A stretch of DNA of 64,000 bases from NCBI RefSeq assembly GCF_006345805.1, contig NC_043001.1:12214001-12278000 (forward strand), in the 5' to 3' direction. The translations under genes and the position numbers were made by a program. This DNA is from Octopus sinensis. Taxonomy: Eukaryota. The notes under the pieces are model-generated. The model was not told the origin of the DNA. It ran no database searches and saw nothing but the letters and a program-made list of their open reading frames with translations. Position 1 is the first letter of the stretch; each line of letters begins with the position of its first letter. Below are positions 25,009-36,569 of the stretch, in pieces.

Positions 25009-25177
25009 AGGCGCAGTCGTGGCTGTGTGCAAAGAAGCTTGCTTTCCAAACCACATGGTTCCGGGTTCAGTCCCATGCTTGGCACTATGGGCAAGTTTCT
25101 TCTACTATAGACTCTGGCCGGCCGAAGCCTTGTGAGTGCATTTGTAGGTGGAAACAGAAAGAAGCCCGTTGCATATA

Positions 25178-25220
<43 letters not shown>

Positions 25221-25227
25221 TATATAT

Positions 25228-25282
<55 letters not shown>

Positions 25283-25512
25283 AATAATATATATATATAT
25301 ATGTTATCTGTGTCTGTGTTTGTCCCTCTACAATCGTTTGACACCAGATGTTGGTGTGTTTACGTTCCTGTCGTTTAGAGGTTTGGCAAAAAAGTGACCG
25401 ATAAAATAAGTAGTAGGCTTACAAAAAATAAGTGCAGCGGTCGATTTGTTTCAACTAAATGCGCTGCTCTAGCATGGCCGCAGTGAAATGACCTAAAGAA
25501 GTAAAAGAATAA
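25009..25512 (+). mobile_element. SINE-A with expanded internal (TA)n
   Basis: Head and tail match family. Confidence 0.82.
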
Positions 25513-25734
25513 AACAATACGTACAACTGACAGCCGTCCCAGGTGTATATTCCATTCGATAATCTCTATAGCAAGTAGCTGGCCTCTGTCGAATATAAAA
25601 AGGCAGCAACAGATATTAACATCAATTTATCCTGTAGATGAGACCATAAAAGTCTAGCAATGTAGGCAAGATGGAACTTTATTGACCGAAATAAGCTGTA
25701 AACAATTTTTGTTCAAATATCAATGAAATAAGCA

Positions 25735-26032
25735 GGCGAGCGCGTGGCTTTGTGGTAAGAAGTTTACTTCGTAGCAAAGGTTTCGGGTTCAGTCCTGCTG
25801 CCTGACACCTCAGGCGAATACCTTCTACTATAGACTTGGGCCAACCAAAGCCTTTTGAGTGGATTTGGTAAACAGAAATTGAAAGAAGCCCCTCATATTT
25901 GTGTGTGTGTGTACCTATGTATATATGTCTGTATAAATATATATATGTGTGTGTGTGTGTGTATGTATATATATATATATGAGTGTATGTGTATATACAC
26001 ACATACACATACATACAAAGATACATACATAC

Positions 26033-26082
<50 letters not shown>

Positions 26083-26106
26083 ATATATATATATGTGTGT
26101 GTATAT

Positions 26107-26148
<42 letters not shown>

Positions 26149-26215
26149 TGTATGAATGTATGTATGCGTATATGATTTTGTATCTGTGTTTGTCACACAC
26201 CATTGCTTGGCAACC
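25735..26215 (+). mobile_element. SINE-A, degenerate, lacking the 3' tail
   Basis: Head, CORE-like segment and microsatellite match family. Confidence 0.7.
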
Positions 26216-26999
26216 GCTGAAGTAGAGATCACAATACAGGGATTGTCTATGAACAGAAACCAACGCAACCAGTGGCGGCGGCAGAACATGGAAGCGTTTC
26301 TAGTGGCACCCCAAGAATTGGAGAAGGTAATAAAGTTGCGATCCTTGGATTTCACTATTTACAATTCTTAGGGCGGTGACCTGTCAGAATCGTTAGCACG
26401 CCGGTCAAAATGCTTAGCGGATAGAATTAAACCCAGGCTTAAAACAATGAATATTGAGCTTGACTCATTTGACTAAAACTTTTCCAGGCGGTGCCCCAGA
26501 TTGGCGAAGGCGGAATGACAAAAAATATGAGAGTCTCCGAGAATTGAGGGCTAGTGTAATTCTGCATGAGTAAATTGTGAAATGTCTTTCGCTATCTGTT
26601 AATTATCCATGACTATTCAAGAAAGTAAACATGGAAATTTAACTTAAGTGAGCGTAAATAATTTTGAGGCGAATAAACATCAACACAAGTTAAACTCTTC
26701 AATCAACTAGTGCAAATACACCAATCAAATACTGGAATTTTATTAATCATCCTCCAAAGCTTAGTCGCAATTTATGTTCCTAACACCAGCTTAATGATAA
26801 CTATGTTATTTTACTACATTCTTTGTTGTATTTAAAATTAATTGAAAGAAACACAGAGCATCTCAAAATAAATACTGTTACATCAGAGTGAACTAACATA
26901 ATCAATAATGTTGATTTCTCACATTTGATACACGGCCGTAAATTTCTGGAGAAAGGCCTAGCTGACTAAATCAAATCTAGTACATACATGTCGGAATTT

Positions 27000-27415
27000 T
27001 AGGGTAGAGGTGGGGGCAATTGATTAGGTCTACCCCAGTACGCAACTGGTACTTAATTTATCGACCCCGAAAGGATGAAAATCAAAGTCGACCTCGGCAG
27101 AATTTGAACTCAGAATGTAAATACAGACGAAATATCGCTAAGCATTTCTCCCAGCGTGATAACGTTTCTGCCAGCTCACCGCCATATTCCTATTAATATA
27201 ATTGTTCCTACTCTAGTTACAAGGCCCGAAATTGTTGGGGAGTAGCCAGTCAATTAGGTCGACACCAATACGCAATTAGTACTTAATTTATCGACTCCAA
27301 AGGATGAAATGCAAAGCCGACTTCGGTGGAATTTGAAATCAAAACATAAAGTGAGACGTAAAACCGCTAAGCATTTTGCCCGGCCTGCTAACGTTTCTAA
27401 CAGCTCACCGCCTTA
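27000..27415 (-). mobile_element. Two adjacent SINE-B copies, each with its own head
   Basis: Meta/MESC-like core and GGCGGTGAGCTG head occur twice. Confidence 0.8.
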
Positions 27416-27494
27416 AACATTATAGTGAATTAAAACGAATAATTACAAGTGTCTTTTTGGTTAACCGAGTGCTTGTATTGGCATATATAATACA

Positions 27495-28088
27495 TAATGT
27501 ATTTGATGGTTTATAAGACGCACCATTTTAAATCAAAAATGGCTTTAAAAATTCCCCTACGTCTAATGCACTGAATGTAGGCTCAAAACTTGCTCAGAAC
27601 GGTATGTATGTTTACAAAACGTGTGCTGCCATCTGTTGGTGAATAATCGCCTACAGTACGTTTATATCGGATGTTGATGCAATCAATTGATTTTAATTAC
27701 CGGTAATAACATAAAGGTATACAGGTAAGTGGAGGAATTAAATCATTATTTTAGTGGTAATTTATTTTACAAACGTATATATTTCTTTTCTACCTACAAG
27801 CGGCTAAACACAGAGAGGACAAACAAGAACAGACAAAGGGATTAAGTCGATTACATTGACCCCAGTTCGAAATTGGTACTTTATTTATTGACCCCTAAAG
27901 GATGAAAGGCAAAGTCGACCTTGGCGGAATTTGAACTCAGAAGGTAAAGACTGACGAAAAACCGCAAAGCATTTCGCCCGGCGCGCTAGCGTTTCTGCCA
28001 GCTCACCGCCTATATTACAAAAGTATAGCCTAGGCTAGGGTGCGTCCTATGCGCTCGTGGGTCTTATAGGCCATCATTAAATACAGTG
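27495..28088. mobile_element. pogo/Tigger-like MITE with a nested SINE-B (27775-28012)
   Basis: Imperfect TIRs: tgtatttgatggtttataagacgcacc (left) vs gtgggtcttataggccatcattaaataca (right). Confidence 0.5.
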
Positions 28089-28171
28089 TATTCAATATTC
28101 CTTAAGGTATCTCATTCAAAAAATGCAGCCAATCTAACAATAAACGAAATACATTATTGATTATTGAGAAA

Positions 28172-28600
28172 ATAGGCGCAGTCGTACCTGTGTGGTAAAA
28201 AAAAAAACACTTGAATCGCAACCGCCTGGTTACGGGCAGGCCTATTGACTGGTTTATTCGGAAAGTAATTTCTACTATAGCCTCGGGCCGACCAAAGACA
28301 TTTGAGTGGATTTTCTTGACTTGACAGTAAGGGTTCCGCCGTTGTATATGCGTGTAGTTGTTTTGTGTGTATGTGTGTGCGTGTTTGTGTGTGTGTGTGT
28401 TTTTGTGTGTATGTATGAATGCGCCTTTGTTTCTGGGTGTGCCTCCACACCACCACCACCACCAACGCTTGACAGCCGATGTAGGTGTGTTTATGTCCCC
28501 GCAACTTACTGGCTTAGAAATGTAGCAGGCTTATAGCATGGAAGTACTTTCTTCCAGACGGTTCCTTAGCATGGTCGCAGTCTAATGGCAGAAACAACTA
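28172..28600 (+). mobile_element. SINE-A, diverged
   Basis: Head, body and tail are recognisable. Confidence 0.7.
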
Positions 28601-29094
28601 ATCACAAATACAGTAACTTAAAGAACCAGATTAACATAACAAACGGCTTATTTGTGTAATTATGTTTGTTATCACTTCAATATACATGCAGCATCTGTCC
28701 TGTCTTGTACATCGTGGGTGTTATATCATATAATGAATTTCTTAGACATTAGAAGTTTTTATGAACCAATATCAAAATTAATAAATCAATGACAGGTTTA
28801 TGCAATTTTGCCGAATAAGGTCGAAAGGTTATGTTTTTTTCTCTAATTTCATAACTCAGTATTCTCAAATGTTATCATGATTTCAACAAATGTCAGTGTC
28901 AAAATTGGAAGCGTGTTATCAGATATAGTGTAGCATCAGGTGTGGCTGTGTGGTAAGGAGCTTGCTTCACAACCACATAGTTCTGGGTTCAGTCACACTG
29001 CGTGGCATTTTAGGCTAATGTCTTCTAACTGTAGCCTTGGGCTGACCAAAGCCTTGTGAGCGGGTTTGTATGATATATCATAGATGTATTCATT

Positions 29095-29955
29095 TAAGGT
29101 TTGATCAAAAGGTATCCGAACTGGTGCCATAGTAACGAAGTTAAAGCTCTCAAAGTAAAGTCGCTTGGTAGTCGTTGAGGTACTAGGTCAGTTCCGCCCT
29201 TTACAGCATGCCTTGGAAGGAAGGAAGTGATCGTCACATTGGTGATGGAAGAGAAATTTGTCCTAGCGATACCTGCTCTGAGGCCTACTCAAAGTTGCAG
29301 AAAGTGTATGGGGAGGAGTGTATGGACCGCACAGGTTTATGAATGGTTCAGATGTTTCCAAAATGGTCGAAAAAATGTCGATAATAACCAAAGAACTGGG
29401 AGACTCGCAACCAGCAGGATAGATGCTTCATTTATTTTGAAGTGATAACAAACAGAAATACATCGCAGATATGCGGGAACTCATCAAATCACCACACGTG
29501 AATCACCATACGAGGATGTACAGATCTGTTCAGTCTATTATCACTGAAGACTTAGGTTTGAGACGCGTGTCTGCAAAGTTTGTGCCAAAACCGCTTTCAG
29601 CTGACCAAAAACGCACTCGGGTTTCAACTGCACAATCTCTCTTTGATTTCATCAAGAGCAATGAAAACTTTTTGAAAACTTTGCATAGGCCTCTGAGCAA
29701 GTATCGCCAAGGTTTTGGCAAAATTTTATGCAGATTCTCTGCTCAACTTCCTCTGTCATGTTCCATGCGACGATCACACGTTACACATTTTCATTCTAAG
29801 CACTGCTGTATACAGTGGGAGTTAGCTAGAACGGTAAAACTTAGTGAACATGCACAACAAAAGTCAAATTCAACTTCTTCCAAACGGCTTTTCGTTCCGT
29901 GCTTTTGTTTCGTGACTATACCAACAGTCCGGATACTTATTGATCAAACAACGTA
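29095..29955 (+). mobile_element. Internally deleted mariner transposon with both TIRs
   Basis: TIRs ggtttgatcaaaaggtatccgaactg / cagtccggatacttattgatcaaacaacg with TA ends. Transposase remnants VYEWFRCFQNGRKNVDNNQRTGR and DLGLRRVSAKFVPKPLS. Confidence 0.85.
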
Positions 29956-31053
29956 CGTATGCGTGCGTCTTTATGTTATGCACTTTATTTAGCGAAGCAT
30001 CTAAAAAGAAAATTTTGAAGTTTATTTACAATAAATACAAATATGCCATCACTTTTCCTAATGCGGTTGTGTTCGAGAAGATGGTGAGAATTAGCTACCA
30101 GGCCTCCAGAGTAATATAGACACCGGCTACTTTCGTTGTAAAAAGGGCAAAGGGAGTCAAATGTGGATTTACATTTCTCAATGTATCATCATTAAAACCG
30201 TTGATATGTGGAAGCGGCTGAAATGTTTAGGATATAAAATGCAATCGATTTGATTACACAATATTTCACAGAAGTTCTTCAGTCACCGATATATACAATA
30301 AAAAATAAGTTATAGACATGAATTTGTATAGCAATTATCGATATATTTCCAAATTACTAAACTGGTTGTAGTGAGAAATACAGGGAGACAGAGACAGACA
30401 GATAGAAATTTAGAAGCTCCATAAAGAAACCATAAAGAAGTAAACAGTTAAATTAAAGAAAAGTAAACAAAGTTTCAACAAACAATACGAAACGTAAGTA
30501 GTGCTAACAGGAGACGTCACTTGCGAATAAAATGAAGTAACGTTTTCAATTAAATCTATAATATATTCTACATCATTGCCAGACACGATCAAGTTTGACA
30601 TGATAATGTTTCAAATAGCTGTGTATTTAGCCATAAAACATTCATAAGGGTATATATATATCTAACTGCTAGAAATAAAATCGCGTGAAATATTATCGTG
30701 GCCAGATAAAGTCTCGTAACACATTAGACATTTGTCTCAGTATAGAAGACCTAATTTGACTTTCCAAATAACTCTTCGTATTTGATGTATTGTATTTCAT
30801 TATATTAATGTTGTAAATCGAATATATTTCACTTATATTTTATTATAGCTTTAATCTGAATCTGATGTCTCTTTGGCAATAAAATGAAGCTCGTTCTCCA
30901 ATCGCTTCGCACGGGAAAAGTTTCTGTTATGATTGTGAAAATGTTGGATCTTCGGCGTTTGACGTGAGGATTTAGTTGATTCGTCAACGGAATTACATTC
31001 TTCTCAATGATCATGGAAGTTGCCGTGTGTTCTATAGACTAATATTTACTTAC

Positions 31054-31182
31054 TGTGCACATCAAGTAGAATCAGCATCACCATGTTTGACAAGGCTGAC
31101 TTTGAAACACAGATATAATCTCCTGGACAGACATCTCTGCAGTTTGCGTCAGCAAAATAACAGACCAATGTATGGCTCGCCC
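31054..31182 (-). CDS. Candidate host-gene exon (129 nt, symmetric phase 1), product unknown
   Basis: ttccatttttatataacccag| acceptor and |GTAAGT donor; one open frame, ASHTLVCYFADANCRDVCPGDYICVSKSALSNMVMLILLDVH; non-repetitive island. Confidence 0.3.
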
Positions 31183-31316
31183 CTGGGTTATATAAAAATG
31201 GAAATTACAATGGAATCGAATTTCGTACCTCAAAATTACAAAGGGCAGTTTCTTACCATTCAGCTACAAAGCATCCACTAGTTGTAAGGTTTTTGTCTAT
31301 CTATCTATGTACCTAC

Positions 31317-31384
<68 letters not shown>

Positions 31385-32012
31385 ATATATATATATATAA
31401 TATATATATATATATGTTTATATATATATATATGTTTATATATATATATATATATAATATATATATGTTTATATATATATATATGTTATATATATATATA
31501 TATATACACACACATATATATATAGAGAGAGAGTGACGAATATAGATACGTAGGTATATTTATATATGTATCTACATGTTCATATATCTCTATAAGTGTG
31601 TCTGTGTCTGTGTGTGTGTGTATATCTGTAACTAGTATTAGTAACAAGTTCAATATCGACTTTACTGTAAACATCAAGGTTAAGAAATCTAGGTCCCGGT
31701 TGCCGTTTCCGGCTCCACATATTTATTGGTATCGATTTGTATTTCAGTTACATCGAATCGATAGTATATTTGCGTGCATGATGCACATTTTATTCAATTA
31801 CCTACACACTGATCATATTAAACCTGGCCTTGTCTGAAAGGTAAATGACTTCTTATAATGCTGCCTTCTCTAAGCATACCAATGTTGGGAACTTCCTCTG
31901 GAATATTCCATGTCAGCTAAAATTTATACATATTTCGAATGTAGTCTGTAAATAGATTATCCTAATACAGTTCTATATTTAAGAGATGAGGCATTATATA
32001 CAATATTTACGG

Positions 32013-32085
32013 CATATGGCGTAGTGGTTAAGAACGCGGGCTACTAACTCCAAGATTCCGAGTTCGATTCCAGGAAGTGACCTGA
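32013..32085 (+). mobile_element. tRNA-derived SINE head (not a functional tRNA)
   Basis: A box TGGCGTAGTGG and B box GAGTTCGATTC; no complete acceptor stem; followed by AAT repeats. Confidence 0.65.
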
Positions 32086-32092
32086 ATAATAG

Positions 32093-32637
32093 CAGTACCG
32101 GGCAGTGGCTCGCATGGCTTCTGATCTTGACTGATTGGAAGTGTTATCATGTACATTGTTTTGTCTTGGTATAAAAGATGGGCTACAGCAAATATTCTGC
32201 TCAATACCACAGATTTGCTTGTCAGTTGTTTGACCTTAACCAGTTGAGCATGTCCCTTAGTGGCTGACGATATGTGCATCTCTGATCACGAGCAGAAGTA
32301 GTGGGGGAGCATCATAGCCATGTGTTGAGAGGGATTCTTTGGGGTTTGGATAATTCACCTTTTGAAACAGGGGTGGTACGTTCAACATCCTTAAACAATC
32401 CTTATTCAGGGACTTTTTGAGCGGGATGGACTACTCGACCAGAAGAAAATTCTAACTGGGCCCCACCTGCAAGGTCATGTGCTGTTTATCTTGATATGAG
32501 ATCACCATGTCGCGCACATATGGTTGTGATGCATGTGCCTGGTGTACCCTTATCAGACGGGTAGTCATGATGGGTATACTGGGCTTCGTATATTTTACCC
32601 CAGTGTCACTTTGATGGCATGCACTGCTCTCTCACTC
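32093..32637. mobile_element. Non-coding repeat E with (AAT)n tail
   Basis: Closely similar to 59686-60208; both are bounded by AAT repeats. Confidence 0.8.
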
Positions 32638-32649
32638 AATAATAATAAT

Positions 32650-33070
32650 TGCCAACAGACCAGATATAGTTGTCAGAGATCATGCAGAAAAAAAAAATGC
32701 TTTCTAATTGATGTATCAATACCGGCAGATGACAACGTGTCTCTAAAAGAAATGGAGAAACTCTCAAAATACAAAGACCTGGAAATAGAGGTAACCAGAA
32801 TGTGGAATCTAAAAACAGAAACAATTCCTATCATAGTAGGTGCATTAGGCATGATAAAAAAATATTCAGACAAATACATAACAAAAACACCAGGACTTAC
32901 AAACACATATAACATACAGAAAGTTGCACTACTAGGCACTGCACACATCCTACGCAGAACACTTTCCATACAATAACCATCAGAGCATCACAACAAATCA
33001 CAGCACATACCCAAGGCACACAGAGCTGCGCTCGGTAGTGAAGTGAAAGCACGCTATAAAAATAAAACTA

Positions 33071-33103
<33 letters not shown>
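32650..33103 (+). mobile_element. 5'-truncated R4/Dong-like non-LTR element: RLE domain, 3' UTR, (TAA)n tail
   Basis: RPDIVVRD..CFLIDVSIPAD..KEMEKLSKYKDL..RMW..IPIIVGALG..LLGTAHILRR (PD..D restriction-like endonuclease); TAA repeats on both sides. Confidence 0.82.
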
Positions 33104-33104
<1 letters not shown>

Positions 33105-33587
33105 GAAATATTAAAATTTCTAAGTCTCTGTAAAGGAGACTACGGCAGCGGTACTGGAAATTAACAGTTATCGCCAAGCTATCATGGCAGTCCAGAAAAT
33201 GACGACGAATGCTGCGGTTGAATGGCTCCAAGAGGCCATCGCCTCTAGCTAGCTATATGACAAACGAACCTGTGTCCATTATAACCTTCGAACAGGGGAG
33301 CAACCGCTTCCTCTTGCTGAAATTAGGTAAACACTCCTTCGAACAGACGGTCAGCAGCGACACCGGCTGGGTCTGGCTACTCTGCATTGATAAAAGGCAA
33401 ATACCCTGAAACATGTGTGCAGATGTCTGACCAGCAAGGGGAAGCGGCTGACCTCCCCTGTTCGAAGGTTATAATGGACACTGGTTCGTGTGTTATATAG
33501 CTACCTAGAGGAGATGGCCTCTTGGAGCTAATCAAAGGCAGCTTTAGTCTTATATCTATGGACTGCCATATTAGCTTGGCGATAACT

Positions 33588-33590
<3 letters not shown>
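33104..33590. mobile_element. Penelope-like family H, inverted arrangement (33166-33300 vs 33451-33590)
   Basis: Inverted homologous arms. SIRRHFLDCH..NFQYRCRSLLYRDLEILI resembles the GIY-YIG C-terminus. Confidence 0.7.
33382..33422 (+). ncRNA. Hammerhead motif with U3-A8 core; non-canonical GUG site
   Basis: CTGCA TTGATAA AAGG caaata CCCT GAAA CATG TG TGCAG; stem I 5 bp; stem III ACATGT. Confidence 0.62.
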
Positions 33591-33639
<49 letters not shown>

Positions 33640-33809
33640 GTAATAATAATAATAACATCGAAAAATACCTTAAGAATGAGAACTCAGATGCGAAATTTCC
33701 CCTAGTCACTTGATGAAGGCTGGAGGGTATATCAGTGGAAATGTTCTGTTAACAATAAACAAGATGAGGACAAATATCTGTCGAATATAAATAATGTGGA
33801 TTATCGTAA

Positions 33810-34205
33810 CTTCTTAGCGGTGATGTTGCGTTCTAAAGAAATGAATCATAATCGTCGGTTACAACGACGAGAGTTCGAGTTGATCCGATCAACGGAACGT
33901 CCTGCTCGTGAAATTAACGTGGAAATAGCAGAGCACTCCACAGACACGTGTGCCCTTAACGTAGTTATCTGCGGAGATTCAGTGTGACACAACCTGACAA
34001 GGCTGGCCCTTTGAAATACAGGTGCAACAGAATTAATGAGCAAGAGAAAGTTGTGGTGAAAGAATACTGCAAAATTCGCAACCCCCACCCTGCCGGATCC
34101 TCGTAGAACCTTAGGTGTTTTCGCTTAAGAAACACTCACAACACCCGTCGAAACCACGATCCTACGACCATGATCACTGCCCTAACCCCTGGTCCATTGC
34201 GCATC
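33810..34205 (-). mobile_element. SINE-C
   Basis: Matches family. Confidence 0.8.
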
Positions 34206-34588
34206 CAGTCAAGTATAATAGCCATATCGAAATTATATCCGCTATATGACAATATTTGAATTCTAAATATATTTAACAGAAAAAAATTACAATTTTTCTA
34301 GCAAAGAGCAGGAAATATGTGGAACTAATGAAATTTAAGAAATTAAATCTAATGAAATTAAACTTTTTTTCTTTTATGCACCTGGGTTGAAAAATGATTT
34401 CAATATGATCAACACATAGACACAGGAGTGGCTGTGTGGTACGTAGGTGCATAGGTTGCTTACCAGCCACATGGTTCTGGATTCATTCCCACTGCGTAGC
34501 ACCTTGGTCAAGTGTCTTCTACTTTAACCTCAGGCCTACCAAGCATTGTAAGTAGATTTGGCAGACGGAAATTGAAAGAAGAATGTCG

Positions 34589-34620
<32 letters not shown>

Positions 34621-34621
34621 A

Positions 34622-35222
34622 TGATATACCTCAGAGCGAGTTATAAACAGTAGCGGTAACACATCGTGACACATATTTGCCATTTGAATATGGCTAACCC
34701 CTAAGGGTGGATGCTACTGTAGTTGTAGCCCCAGGAAGATATCTCCTCCAGCTGAGAGGACACAGATAGTGTGTCTATAGCCAGCTGGAGGGGATATCTT
34801 CCTGAGGCTACAAACTACAGTAGCATCCACCCTTAGAGGTTAGCCATATTCAAATGGCAAATATGCGTCACGATGTGTTACCGCTACTGTTTATAACTCG
34901 CTCTGAGATTTATCATTGTTGATTTCACTTTTTCAATATCAGTGTCAATCGACACTGGAAAAAGTATATGTATTTGTGAAGGGAGCTGACTTCTCGTCGA
35001 CAACCATGATTGTCACACGCTGATGAAGGTAAACACCTTGAAACTCGGGTCCGTGTGTATCATGAGTGAAGACGGGGAGGATGACTCCCCTTCACAAATA
35101 CTGAGAGGACACATAAGTGTGTCTATAGCCAGCTGGAGGAGATATCTTCCTGGGGCTACAAACTACAGTAGCAACCACCCTTAGGGGTTAGCATATTCAA
35201 ATGGCAAATATGTGTCACGATA
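34622..35222 (+). mobile_element. Penelope-like mini-element (family G): inverted arm + direct repeats around a hammerhead
   Basis: 34622-34745 is the reverse complement of ~34775-34910; 35100-35220 directly repeats ~34744-34872. Confidence 0.82.
35005..35064 (+). ncRNA. Intact-looking type-I hammerhead ribozyme
   Basis: CATGAT tgt CACACG CTGATGA(35020-26) AGGT aaac ACCT t GAAA(35040-43) CTCGG GTC(35051) CGTGTG t ATCATG; stem I has a 3x1 internal loop. Confidence 0.82.
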
Positions 35223-35261
35223 TATATATATATTATATATATATAATAATATATATATATA

Positions 35262-35299
<38 letters not shown>

Positions 35300-36569
35300 G
35301 TGTGTGTGTGTGTATTTGTGAGTCTATGTTTGTCCCCCACCATCGCTTGACAACCGATGCTGGTGTGTTTACGCCCCATTAACTTAGTATTTCGGCAAAA
35401 GAGACCGATAGAATAAGTACTAGGCTTACAAAGAATACGTCCTGGCGTTCGATTTATTTGACTAAAGGCGGTACTGCAGCATGGTCGCAGTCAAATACCT
35501 GAAACATGTAAAAGAATAAAAGAATATCCGTCGGTTTTCTAGACATTTTTTTAACAATAGACAAAGTATATTTGCATCTCTAATGGAAATCCACTGATCG
35601 CCAATGCTATCTCACCAAATGCTCACCCCATCAAACATCACCCAAAGCTAATTTCACCTCATTTCAATCTTAGAACTCCGCATAATTCAGTTCAAGCTGG
35701 TAAAAGAGGTAACGTCTAGGCTCAGCAGGACTTAAGAAATGTGAGACTTGCCAACGTGTCTGTCAGCAGAACTTCCATGAATGATTTAGATGCAAAATTC
35801 TTGCCTGATTCACAAATCCCTATTTGTATGGCATGATATTAGGGGGGGGGGGACTCAGAGCAGAGCTGTGGATCCGAAACTGGAGAGGGAATCAAATATT
35901 GATTACCAAGGAGGTGACAGAAGCATCTCAGATTAACCGAAGAGAAAGAAATGAATTTTTAGCTACTATAAACAAAATACATACTTGTATTGAGATCGGA
36001 GTGTCTCCTGCTGTAAACTCTCCGGTATGAAGGTCATATTATCGATTTTAAATTCTGGAAATTTAGAGGGAAGGAGAATTTGATTACATCGACCTGGAAG
36101 GTTGCAAGCTGTGAATCTTGACGGAATTTTGAACTTAGAACATAATACCGGATAAAAAGCCGCTTAGTATTTTGTACGGCATGATAAAGATTCTGACTTC
36201 TCGCTTCCTTTCCGACCATAGATTTGAAAAAACATATTAATGTGTGACCTGATATAACCAAGAATCTCACTGATAATAATGATGCTGGCCGGAAGACAGA
36301 TTAACAATCAAATGGGGTGGGGCAATTATTGTTATCTTAATTGATCATACAACAAAAGAAATATCCCAGAGTGCAAGATTTACATAAAACGATATAAAAA
36401 GAACAATCTTACTCTTTCTATTAACAACACTGGACATGAATATTATTTTACTCTGCTCCTAGACACCTTTCAACCCATACACATTAGACTTGGCCAGGCA
36501 TCTTCTCTCTTTATTCTCCAATACTGATTTCACATTTTGGCACAAGGCCATCAATTTCAGGCAATGGGT

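Larger units (their letters stand above)
34422..35525 (+). mobile_element. SINE-A split by a Penelope-like insertion in its internal (TA)n
   Basis: Head 34422-34590, tail 35270-35525. Confidence 0.8.

Noticed and set aside
32013-32085. Possible tRNA gene (likewise SINE heads at 21650-21713 and 48490-48562)
   Set aside because: A/B boxes are present but there is no complete cloverleaf or terminator, and they are fused to repeat bodies.
33705-33750. Hammerhead-like TTGATGAAGGCTG..CAGTGGAAATG
   Set aside because: Stems II and III are disrupted; decayed copy.
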